Shown: piece by piece, positions 28,390-36,605 of the stretch
Numbering within the stretch: the stretch's first letter is position 1
How the letters are laid out: every line of letters begins with the position of its first letter
NCBI GenBank assembly: GCA_963842155.1
Contig: CAWJFP010000037.1
Span: 1-37,168, forward strand
Source of the DNA: an uncultured Pseudomonadota bacterium
Lineage (GTDB): Bacteria; Pseudomonadota; Alphaproteobacteria; JACZXZ01
DNA: 37,168 bases
Direction: 5' to 3'
Made by a program: the position numbers and the translations under genes
The notes under the pieces: model-generated
What the model was told of the DNA's origin: nothing
What the model saw: only the letters and a program-made list of their open reading frames with translations
Databases searched by the model: none

Positions 28390-29498
28390 TCGACACGGCG
28401 CGTCCCATTGCCCACTTCCTCGGCTTCACCGCGCTGCTGCGGCGCGCGGGCTTCGCCGTCGCGCCCGAGCAGACGATGGCTTGGCTCGCCGCGATCGATC
28501 TTCTCGGACCCGAAGAGATCGGCGACGTCCGTCGCGCCGCCCGCGCCACGCTGGCGCCGCCGCCGGAGCGCTTCGCCGAATTCGACGCGCTGTTCGATGC
28601 GCATTTTCTCGGCGCGCTAGGCTCGCAACTGGAATCAGAGCCGAGCGACGAGGCGCCGCTGCGGGCTGCCGACGATTCGTCGGTTGGGCCCGAGCCGATT
28701 TTCGGCGAGGAGACGCGTGAATCGGGCGCCAAGGCGACTGGCGCCGAGAGACTCTCGGCGCGGCGCTTCGGACCCGGGGACCAGAACGAAACGCTGCGTC
28801 GCTTCGCCCGCGCTTTGCCGGCCCGCGTGCCGCGGCGACGCGGTTATCGCTGGCGGGCGGCGCGCGGCGGGCCCGGCACCGATGCGCGGCGCATGTTTCG
28901 CGACGCCATGCGCCACGCCGGCGAGTTCATCCGGCTGCGCCGCCGCAGGCGCCGTCTGCGGCAGCGCCGCATCGTCGTCCTTATCGATGTCTCCGGCTCG
29001 ATGAAGGAGCGCACGCAAGCCCATCTTGCCTTCGCCCATGCCCTGGCGCGCGCCGCCGAGACTGCCGAGGTGTTCACGATCGGGACGAGGCTCACACGCA
29101 TTACCCGGGCGTTGCGGCTGCGCAACCGCGAACGGGCGCTCGCCGCCGCGTCTTTGCTCGTTGCCGACTGGGACGGCGGCACCCGCATTGGTGAGGCGCT
29201 CGGGGCCTTTCTCGCCATTCCGCGCTTCGCCGCGCTGGCGCGCGGGGCGGCGCTCGTCGTCCTTTCGGACGGGCTCGAGCGCGGCGATCCGAGCGCGATG
29301 CGCGACGCGGTCGAGCGCTTCTCTCGGATCGCGTGGCGGACCGTGTGGCTGACGCCGCTCGCCGCCGATCCGGCCTTCGAGCCTCGCACCGCCGGCCTGA
29401 GCGCGGCGCGGCCCTTCCTCGACGAACTCGGCGACGGCGGCTCGATCGACAGCATCTGCGCCCATGTTCTCGATTTGGCGAACGCGAGGGCGGCATGA
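28386..29498 (+). CDS. VWA-domain protein, CoxE-like
   Basis: ATG overlaps the coxD-like stop (ATGA). VWA MIDAS motif ...RIVVLIDVSGSM... in the C-terminal half; N-terminal region typical of CoxE. Confidence 0.75.
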   Translation: MIDTARPIAHFLGFTALLRRAGFAVAPEQTMAWLAAIDLLGPEEIGDVRRAARATLAPPPERFAEFDALFDAHFLGALGSQLESEPSDEAPLRAADDSSVGPEPIFGEETRESGAKATGAERLSARRFGPGDQNETLRRFARALPARVPRRRGYRWRAARGGPGTDARRMFRDAMRHAGEFIRLRRRRRRLRQRRIVVLIDVSGSMKERTQAHLAFAHALARAAETAEVFTIGTRLTRITRALRLRNRERALAAASLLVADWDGGTRIGEALGAFLAIPRFAALARGAALVVLSDGLERGDPSAMRDAVERFSRIAWRTVWLTPLAADPAFEPRTAGLSAARPFLDELGDGGSIDSICAHVLDLANARAA

Positions 29499-30383
29499 CG
29501 GCGATCGTCGACGCCCATCACCACATCTGGCGGCGCCGCGACCTGCCCTGGCTCGACGGGCCGATGCAGCCACGCATCTTCGGCCCTTACGAGCCGATCC
29601 GCCGCGACTATCCGATCAGCGAATATCTGGAGGACATCGCGGGCTGCGACGTGACCCGATCCGTCTACGTCCAGGCCAATTGGGCCAAGGACGCCTTCGA
29701 GGACGAAGTCGCCTACGTGCAGCGCGCCGCCGACGAGAGCCGGTTATCCGCAGGCGATCGTTGGCTACGCCGACTTTCTCTTGAAGGACGTGCGCCCGCA
29801 GCTCGACCGCCTGACTAAATATCGCGGCATGCGCGGGTTGCGAATGCAGCTGCACTGGCACGAAAACCCGCAATACCGGTTCGCGGCGGACCCAGACCTA
29901 GCCCGCAACCCGACGCTGCAACGAAACGTCGCCCACCTCGCCGATTACAACTGGAGCTTCGATCTCCAGGTCTTCGCCGGTCAGATGGACGGCGCGGCGG
30001 ACCTCGCTGCCAGCTGTCCCAAGGTTATTTTCATCCTTCAGCACGCCGGCATGCTGGAAGACCTTTCCGCGACCGGATGGACGCAATGGCGCGCCGGGAT
30101 GCGCCGTCTCGCCGCGTGCCCGAACGTGGTTTCGAAGCTGTCCGGCCTCGGCTCGTTCATCCATAGCAACGATCCCGACCACATCACGGCCATCGTGCGC
30201 GAAACTGTCGAGGCGTTCGGTCCGACACGCTGTCTGTTCGGCTCGAATTTCCCGATCGAAAAATTGTGGACGTGGTATTCCGACCTCGTCGCGGCGTACC
30301 GAGGCGCGCTCGCGCCGTTCGGAGAAGCGGCGGCGGGCGCGGCGCTCCATGAAACGGCGGCAAGGGTTTATCGGCTCAATTGA
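29495..30383 (+). CDS. Amidohydrolase-2 family (PF04909) metal-dependent hydrolase/decarboxylase, with an apparent +1 frameshift at about 29741
   Basis: MTAIVDAHHHIWRRRDLPWL... carries the HxH metal motif. After ...VQRAADES the conserved continuation GYPQAIVGYADFLLKDVRPQLDRLTKYRGMRGLRMQLHWHENP...ILQHAGM...LFGSNFPIEK is in the +1 frame. An extra C (gagagcCggttat) explains it. ATG overlaps the coxE-like stop. Confidence 0.7.
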
Positions 30384-30416
30384 CTAGGGGTTTGGACCCC
30401 GAGCGGGGAGGAACGC

Positions 30417-31265
30417 ATGGCGCTCGAAATCAAGATTCTCGACTACGGCGATATCGAACTCGAATCGAGCTTCCTGGTGCTCTATCGCGATTGCGGCCGC
30501 ACGCGCCGGGTGCCGGTCTTCGGCTTTCTCGTTCTCGGCGGGACTTGGCCGGTGCTGGTCGACACCGGCTATCGCTCGAACCAGATCATGGAGACTCTCG
30601 GGATGCGCGGGCTGCAATCCCACGAGACTATGATCGAGAACCAACTGAAGAAGCACGGGCTGAAGCTCGGGGACGTGCGCTACGTCCTCCATACGCACCT
30701 GCATATCGACCATGCCGGCAAGGACGACCTCTTCCCCATGAACACGGCGGCCGTCATCAATCGGCGCGAGCTCGAATATTCGGTTTCGGGCCTCATGCAT
30801 CCGCAATATCCGGCGGTCGACATCAAGCATCTCGTCGATCGCCTCCACACCAAGGGGGCGCTGCGCTTTCTCGACCTCGAAATATCCGGGCCGACCGAAC
30901 TGATGCCAGGGCTCATCTGCGAGGCAGCCGGCGGCCATACCGAGGGCTCGATGAACGTCATCGTGAAGACCAGCGAAGGGGTCGCGACGATCTGCGGCGA
31001 CGTGATCTACGACATAAACGACCAGCTGGTCGAACCCTTCCGCGAAATCGGCGACATGGAGCCGCGCGTCACAGGCAACCACGGCACGACGAAGCGCCAG
31101 GAGAAGGCCGCGATCAAGAAGGTCGTCGCCAGCTCGCGCTTCGTGTTGCCGGTCCACGACCGTCCGGCGCTAATCGAGGCCGGGCAGGTTGTCGGCCGTC
31201 TGCAGGACTCGGTTCCGGGTGCAATCGTCCAGTCCTTGCCGAGACGCCAATGGTTCCCGGCGTGA
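30417..31265 (+). CDS. MBL-fold metallo-hydrolase (AHL-lactonase-like)
   Basis: HTHLHIDHAG (HxHxDH zinc motif) with downstream His/Asp ligands; 282 aa. Confidence 0.75.
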   Translation: MALEIKILDYGDIELESSFLVLYRDCGRTRRVPVFGFLVLGGTWPVLVDTGYRSNQIMETLGMRGLQSHETMIENQLKKHGLKLGDVRYVLHTHLHIDHAGKDDLFPMNTAAVINRRELEYSVSGLMHPQYPAVDIKHLVDRLHTKGALRFLDLEISGPTELMPGLICEAAGGHTEGSMNVIVKTSEGVATICGDVIYDINDQLVEPFREIGDMEPRVTGNHGTTKRQEKAAIKKVVASSRFVLPVHDRPALIEAGQVVGRLQDSVPGAIVQSLPRRQWFPA

Positions 31266-31281
31266 CGAAAGGGGACGTCCA

Positions 31282-32853
31282 ATGAACCACTCCGCCCTGC
31301 GTCGCGAATTTTCGGATTTGATCGATCTCGACGCGCCCGTGGAGCGGCTGGCGGGCGGGTTCACGTTCACCGAGGGGCCGATCTGGCACCCGCGCGATCA
31401 ATACCTCCTCTTCTCCGACATGCCGGCCGACGTGCGGCGCCGCTACGACGAGCACGGCGGCGTGCGCGAAGTAATGAAGCCTTCAAACAAGTGCAACGGC
31501 ATGACCTACGATGCGAACCTCGCGCTCGTTATCTGCGAGCATGCGACGTCGAGCCTGGTGCGCGAGCGCGACGGGCGGCGCGAGATTCTTGCATCGCACT
31601 TCGAGGGCAAGGAACTCAACAGCCCGAACGACGTGTGCGTGCGCTCGGACGGTTCGATCTATTTTTCCGATCCCTGGTACGGGCGGATGCCGGTCTACGG
31701 CGTCGAGCGGCCCCGGCAGCTCGGGTTTCAGGGCGTCTACCGCGTGCCGCCGAGCGGCGGCGAGCCTCAGCTTCTCGTCGATCGCAACCTCTTCGAGCAG
31801 CCGAACGGGCTCTGTTTTTCGCCCGACGAGCGGCAACTCTACGTCAACGACACGGTGCGCGCGTTGATCCGAGTGTTCGACGTGAACGCCGACGGCTCGC
31901 TCGGCCCCGACCGCATCTTCGCCTCCGGCATTCGCTCCGAACTGGAGCCGGGGGTGCCCGACGGCATGAAATGCGACAGCGCCGGCAATGTCTGGGTGAC
32001 GGCGCCGGGCGGCGTATGGGTCTATTCGCGCTCGGGCGCGGTGCTCGGCAAGGTCAGGGTTCCGGAGCTCGTCGCCAATCTGCACTGGGGCAAGTCCGAT
32101 TGGCGCACGCTGTTCATGTGCGCCACCCATTCGCTCTATGGGGTGCGTACCAAGATCGGCCCTCGCGTCGAGCCCTTCATGCGATCGAATGCCCCAGCCA
32201 GCACGGGTGCGACGGCGGCAGCGCCCGAGCGTGCCAGCGCGAAAGGTGGTCTCGCGCTCGATCCTGCGCGCTGCGCGCTCATTATCCAGGACATGCAGAA
32301 CGACGTAATGATGGAAGGCGGCGCCTTCGCCTCCTCGGGCTCGCCGCAACACGCCCGCGCGCAGAACGTCATCGAGAACATCCGCCGCCTAGCCGACGCT
32401 TGCCGGTCGCGCGGCGTAATGATTATCCACGTTTGGTTCGTCGTCGAACCGGGCGCGCTCGGCTTCACGCTCAACGCACCGCTGTTCGAAGGCGTCGTCG
32501 ACCAGAAGGCGATGGTGCGCGGAACCTGGGGCGCGGCGCCGGTCGCCGGACTCGAGCCGCAGCCCGGCGACCACATCGTCGAAAAGATGCGCATGAGCGC
32601 GTTCGAAGGAAGCAAGCTCGAAACCGTCCTCAGGTCAGGCGGTCGCGACACGATCATCGACACCGGTGCGTGGACCAACATGTCGATCGAGCACACCGCC
32701 CGTACGGCGGCCGACAAGGGCTATTTCGTCGTCGTGCCGGAGGACTGCTGCTCGACGATGAATGCCGACTGGCACCGCGCTTCCATCCAATACGCCATGC
32801 AGAACGTCGCCGCGGTGACGAAAGCAACCGAGGTCATCGCCGCCCTGGGTTAG
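31282..32853 (+). CDS. Two-domain protein: SMP-30/gluconolactonase/LRE-like beta-propeller (aa 1-300) fused to an isochorismatase-like cysteine hydrolase (aa ~330-523)
   Basis: N-terminal part: ...FTEGPIWHPRDQYLLFSDMPA..., ...NSPNDVCVRSDGSIYFSDP..., ...PNGLCFSPDERQLYVND... are SGL hallmarks. C-terminal part: ALIIQDMQNDV...VMIIHVWF...DTIIDTGAWTNMSIEHTARTAADKGYFVVVPEDCCS is an isochorismatase-family core (D...K...C triad context). The two are joined by RSNAPASTGATAAAPERASAKGG with no stop or internal start codon. ATG at 31282 with an AAGGGGA Shine-Dalgarno. Confidence 0.6.
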   Translation: MNHSALRREFSDLIDLDAPVERLAGGFTFTEGPIWHPRDQYLLFSDMPADVRRRYDEHGGVREVMKPSNKCNGMTYDANLALVICEHATSSLVRERDGRREILASHFEGKELNSPNDVCVRSDGSIYFSDPWYGRMPVYGVERPRQLGFQGVYRVPPSGGEPQLLVDRNLFEQPNGLCFSPDERQLYVNDTVRALIRVFDVNADGSLGPDRIFASGIRSELEPGVPDGMKCDSAGNVWVTAPGGVWVYSRSGAVLGKVRVPELVANLHWGKSDWRTLFMCATHSLYGVRTKIGPRVEPFMRSNAPASTGATAAAPERASAKGGLALDPARCALIIQDMQNDVMMEGGAFASSGSPQHARAQNVIENIRRLADACRSRGVMIIHVWFVVEPGALGFTLNAPLFEGVVDQKAMVRGTWGAAPVAGLEPQPGDHIVEKMRMSAFEGSKLETVLRSGGRDTIIDTGAWTNMSIEHTARTAADKGYFVVVPEDCCSTMNADWHRASIQYAMQNVAAVTKATEVIAALG

Positions 32854-32855
32854 AG

Positions 32856-32905
32856 CATGATCCCGAAAAGTGGAATCCGGTTTTCGAAAAAGATCATGCT
32901 CAATC
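32856..32905. terminator. AT-rich extended hairpin between the convergent SGL-isochorismatase gene and the SDR remnant
   Basis: gagcatgatc-ccgaaaa-gtggaatccgg-ttttcg-aaaaa-gatcatgctc: a 10-bp outer stem plus a 6-bp inner stem, starting 3 nt after the TAG stop. It is atypically low-GC for this genome. Confidence 0.35.
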
Positions 32906-33102
32906 GATATCTATACCGGTAGCGCAAGCCCTTCGCTGGCGAAGGCCCTTTGCACCGCGGGACGGGCGGCTCAGGCGCCGCTTGACCAAGATATCAAGCG
33001 GACGAAGCTGGCTAACGCCTCGATATCGTCCTGCGAGCGGACGTCGAGCTTGCGCAGCTTGGCGCGCAATCCCTGCAGTTTGTTCGGGTCCAGATCGGTC
33101 GC

Positions 33103-34376
33103 AATCACTTTAGGGCACCTCGAAAAATAGCCGCCTTAGCCAGTTTGTGCGAGTTCTAACTGATGAGGACAAGATTCGCAGAGGTGGGGCGATGGGACAA
33201 CTCGGATTTTTCGATGCGGACAAGCGGCTTGCGGCGATTTCTGCGAAGGGCGATCCGCTGGAGATGATCGATCGGGTGGTGCCGTTCGAGCGCTTCCGTG
33301 CCGAGATTGAGGCGGTAGTGTTGACGCCGGCGGAGGACAAGAAGAGCAGCGCTGGCCGCAAGCCGATCGATGTCATCGTGATGTTTCGGATGCTGGTGCT
33401 GCAATCGCTCTACAATCTTTCCGACGAGCAGGTCGAGTATCAAGTGAGCGACCGCATGTCGTTTACGCGGTTTCTGCGGCTTGGCATTGAGGATCGCGTA
33501 CCCGACGGCACGACGCTGTGGCTGTTCCGTGAGACGTTGGGGAAGGCCGGGCTGATCGAGAGGCTGTTCAAGCGCTTTAGCCGGCATTTGGAGGCGAAGG
33601 GCTACATTGCACGTGGCGGCCAGATGGTAGATGCCACGATCGTGCCGGTTCCCAAGCAACGTAATAGCCGCGAAGAGAATGAGGCCGTGAAGGCCGGCAA
33701 GACACCACAGGAATGGCAGAAGAACCCCGCGAAAAACCGGCAGAAAGACAAGGATGCGCGCTGGACCAAGAAGCACGGTAAGAGTTTCTACGGCTACAAG
33801 AACCACGTGAATGCGGATGCCAAGCACAAGCTGATCCGTCACTACGAGGTGACCGACGCGAGCGTGCATGACAGCCGGAAGTTCTATGGGCTTCTGAACA
33901 AGGCCAACACGTCTGCGAACGTATACGCGGACAGCGCGTATCGCTCGGCCGCGACCGAGGCGAAGCTCAAGGTGCGCGGCTTGCACAGTCACATTCATCA
34001 GCGTGCGAGCCGCAATCATACGCTATCGAAAGCACAGGAGAACGCCAACCACCAGAAGAGCAAGGTTCGGGCTCGCGTCGAGCACGTGTTCGGTGCTCAG
34101 CAAACATCGCCGGGTGGTCGGATTGTACGGACGATCGGTATCGTGCGGGCGAAAGCCAAGATCGGCCTGCAGAACCTCGCCTACAACATCCGCCGGCTTG
34201 TGACGCTGGAGCGGATGGTGGCCGCGGCATAACGGAGAAGTCCGACTGAAGGGCCCTGAACAGGGCACCTGCCGCAAAAAGCGGAGACGCATCCGCGCCA
34301 AATCAACAGTGGAAATGATCGTCGCGCCGCAGGGGTGGCCGAGCCAACGACAAAATCATCATTGTTCGAGGTTCCC
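33103..34376 (+). mobile_element. IS5-family insertion sequence (1274 bp) with imperfect 16-18 bp terminal inverted repeats and 4-bp TTTA target-site duplication
   Basis: Left end GGGCACCTCGAAAAATAG (33103-); right end reverse-complement GGGAACCTCGAACAATGA (-34376). TTTA lies immediately outside both ends (33099-33102 and 34377-34380). Removing the element restores the SDR reading frame. Confidence 0.75.
33192..34232 (+). CDS. IS5-family DDE transposase
   Basis: MGQLGFFDADKRLAAISAKGDPLEMIDRVVPFERFRAEIE... parallels IS5 Ins5 (MSHQLTFADSEF...EQILPWQ). DDE_Tnp_1 core ...GQMVDATIVPVP...YGYKNHVNADAKHKLIRHYEVTDASVHDS...ADSAYRS...; 346 aa; GAGGTGG Shine-Dalgarno. Confidence 0.85.
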   Translation: MGQLGFFDADKRLAAISAKGDPLEMIDRVVPFERFRAEIEAVVLTPAEDKKSSAGRKPIDVIVMFRMLVLQSLYNLSDEQVEYQVSDRMSFTRFLRLGIEDRVPDGTTLWLFRETLGKAGLIERLFKRFSRHLEAKGYIARGGQMVDATIVPVPKQRNSREENEAVKAGKTPQEWQKNPAKNRQKDKDARWTKKHGKSFYGYKNHVNADAKHKLIRHYEVTDASVHDSRKFYGLLNKANTSANVYADSAYRSAATEAKLKVRGLHSHIHQRASRNHTLSKAQENANHQKSKVRARVEHVFGAQQTSPGGRIVRTIGIVRAKAKIGLQNLAYNIRRLVTLERMVAAA

Positions 34377-35290
34377 TTTAGCGCCCTCGCCGGCGAATTT
34401 TTCTGCAATCGCCCGGCCGATGCCCTGGCCCGCGGCGGTCACCAGCGCGACCTTCCCTTCCAGTCTGCTGCTCATGCTCGCCTCAATACGAGCCAAAAAG
34501 GCATATTGCGATCTTCGAGGGCAGCGCTTAGTGCGCTGGTTGAATGGCCAACGCAGCTTTTACACCCATTCATGATTGGGCTGGACAACATACACACGGA
34601 ATGTCCTGTCGGGTCTTTCGACCACCCAGTTTAGATAATTCCCCAAAAATCTTGGAGGCTTATTGAAAGCTGTCACGCGATTTACCTTAGTTCGGCATTA
34701 TGCGGTCTGGCCCTGAATCCGATTTGGTCGATGGCATCCTAAGCTAATTTCATCTACTTTTCGAATTCCAAGGCCTCATATCAGATATCCGATGTTCGAG
34801 CGCCCGCATTTCGGGTTGCTGAACCGTTTGGTGCACTCGAACACGGCCGTCGTCTCGCATCGCCAAGCGAGAAATGACCGGTTCGCTGCCGCGCATCCAA
34901 GCGGCACATAACCCGGAATTATTATCGGACGGATCGCGCGTGCCGATGTTCGGACTGGCGCAAAAACCTAATCTGCAGTTATGGTTCCAGGCACTTGGCC
35001 AGGATTTGCTTGGCGACCAGAGCCGAGCTGGCAATGCCTAAACTGCACGCATTGTTTTCCTCCCAATTCTCTAACAGGCTCGCCTGAGACTTGCACAACC
35101 TTTGGTCAAGCGGAATTGATGTTGGCCGCACCGATCAGGAAGCTTAGCATTGGTAAGGAAGTGATACCCGGGGTCGCTTGCCCACTCGAATCATCATAGG
35201 TCGTAGGCTCAGCGGGGCCACATGCCTCATATCGTGCAAAGTTCGCTTCCGAACTAAAATGGCCCGAATTAACATTGGCGAGGATAAAAC

Positions 35291-35676
35291 ATGTCCAAGC
35301 GCGTATGCCCGGATGCCGCATTACTGATGCTGCACTGGCAGAACAGTGTTTGCGACCCCAAAGGGGTCTGGGGCAAGAACCTTTGTGCGCAGATCGAAAA
35401 GGGAAACTCGATCAGCAACGCGCAGAAGGTGCTGGCGACCGCGCGCAGCCGGAGCATGCTGACCATCTTCGTCAATATTGGCTGGCGTCCCGGTTTCCCC
35501 GAAATGCCTGAGAACCAGCACTATCCGCTGTTGCAGGGTGCGAAGGACGAAAACAAGGGAATCATCGGCAGTTGGGAGGTTGACGTTATCGACGCGCTCA
35601 AGCCGACCAACAACGACCTGATCGTGATCAATTACGGCTCGGACAGCTTTGAAGGCACCGACCTCGACCGGATTTG
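35291..35676 (+). pseudogene. Isochorismatase-family hydrolase, N-terminal about 128 codons only (truncated at a recombination junction), in a low-GC segment
   Basis: MSKRVCPDAALLMLHWQNSVCDPKGVWGKNL...MLTIFVNIGWRPGFPEMP...LIVINYGSDSFEGTDLDRI matches the isochorismatase fold through the conserved GTDLD motif. Immediately after RI the sequence and GC content switch to an unrelated AraC-type C-terminus. Confidence 0.6.
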
Positions 35677-35679
35677 CGC

Positions 35680-35950
35680 ATCAACGCCCTGGACAGCCTT
35701 GGCGACCTGGCCAGCCGCGCTGGCGGGCACCGGGCCCGGCAGTACGGCTTCGCCGCGCTGACCGGCATGAGCCCGATGGCCTACCTGCGTCAGGTCCGCT
35801 TGCAGCGCGCCGATGCCGAACTGCGCGCCGCGGATAGCGCGGCCCGCGGCGTGGCGAGCATCGCCAGCCGGTGGGGGTTCGCCAACTTCGGCCGGTTCGC
35901 CGCCGCCTACCGGATGCCGCTACGGGCGCACGCCATCCGAGACGCTGCGC
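35680..35950 (+). pseudogene. AraC-family regulator C-terminal HTH fragment (no N-terminal domain, no start)
   Basis: ...RQYGFAALTGMSPMAYLRQVRLQRADAELRAADSAARGVASIASRWGFANFGRFAAAYR... carries the second AraC HTH signature. It begins abruptly at the junction with the truncated isochorismatase gene. Confidence 0.55.
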
Positions 35951-36079
35951 CGGACTGGCTGAGCCCGCGAGCACAAGCTGCGCGAACTGGCCAGTGCCGG
36001 TGCGCATCGCGGATCGACCCTGCTCGCGTTCCCACCTGGAGCGTCGGGCGTATCCGAGCCGCATGCAGGAGGCGCCATC

Positions 36080-36500
36080 GTGACCGCCCAGCTCATGCCC
36101 GACGAAGCCGCGTTCGACTTCAACCCGATGACTAGCCCGCACCGGGAAGACCCGGCATGTGTTCTACCGGACGGCGCGCGACCGGCCGGTGAGGTTCAGC
36201 CCGTCGATCGGTGCGTACATGGTGACCCGCTACGCGATTTGGTTGCCGTGCTCGATGACCCGCAGACTTACTCGTCCAAGGCCGCCCTGCCGATGATCTA
36301 CGACAGCCCGCCTGAGGTCGTTGCCGTGCTGAAGGCCGGCCATGTGCCAGAGACGACCATGGTGGTGAACGAGGACGAGCCCGAGCACATAAGGTCTCCG
36401 CCGGGTGTTCGACGCCGGGTTCACCGGCGCGCGGGTGCCGGCCATGGCTCGCTGATGCGGGAATCGGCCGCCACCCTGATCTACAGTTTCGTTGGGATGA
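36080..36500 (+). pseudogene. Cytochrome P450 N-terminal region, decayed (several frameshifts)
   Basis: Stitching two frames gives MTAQLMPDEAAFDFNPMTSPHREDPACV|FYRTARDRPVRFSPSIGAYMVTRYA|DLVAVLDDPQTYSSKAALPMIYDSPPEVVAVLKAGHVPETTMVVNEDEPEH. This matches the P450 pattern DPYPxYxxLR...PVxxxxxGxWxVTRYxDVxxVLRDPRFSS...MDPPEHTRLRRLV. After EPEH the reading frame disintegrates. Confidence 0.5.
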
Positions 36501-36605
36501 TCCATACTCACTACCTTGCGGTTAATGGCGGAGAATGCCTAACTCTGGTTGGTTGTGATGATGGAATTGGGCGCGCTGATGGCCCGCGTCCGAAACGACG
36601 GTGTC

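Larger units (their letters stand above)
32893..34475 (-). pseudogene. SDR-family oxidoreductase gene remnant, split by the IS5-family insertion (N-terminal 33 codons at 34377-34475; continuation at 33102 downward) and additionally frameshifted/truncated
   Basis: Minus strand: [33 protein letters not shown] | IS | [35 protein letters not shown]... Joining across the IS and removing one TTTA copy restores a canonical SDR N-terminus (TGxxxGIG Rossmann motif). The downstream LDILV motif is reached only after a 1-nt shift, and the ORF ends after about 90 codons. Confidence 0.6.

Noticed and set aside
28142-29573. Multiple overlapping ORFs on both strands across the coxE-like gene (28142..28720 plus, 28635..29573 minus, 28844..29524 minus, and others)
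   Set aside because: The VWA/CoxE frame has conserved motifs and translational coupling to its neighbours. The alternatives are Arg/Ala-rich shadow ORFs.
31491-33113. ORF 31491..33113 (+) 540 aa
   Set aside because: It is the out-of-frame reading of the SGL::isochorismatase gene plus downstream DNA (Arg-rich, no domain resemblance).
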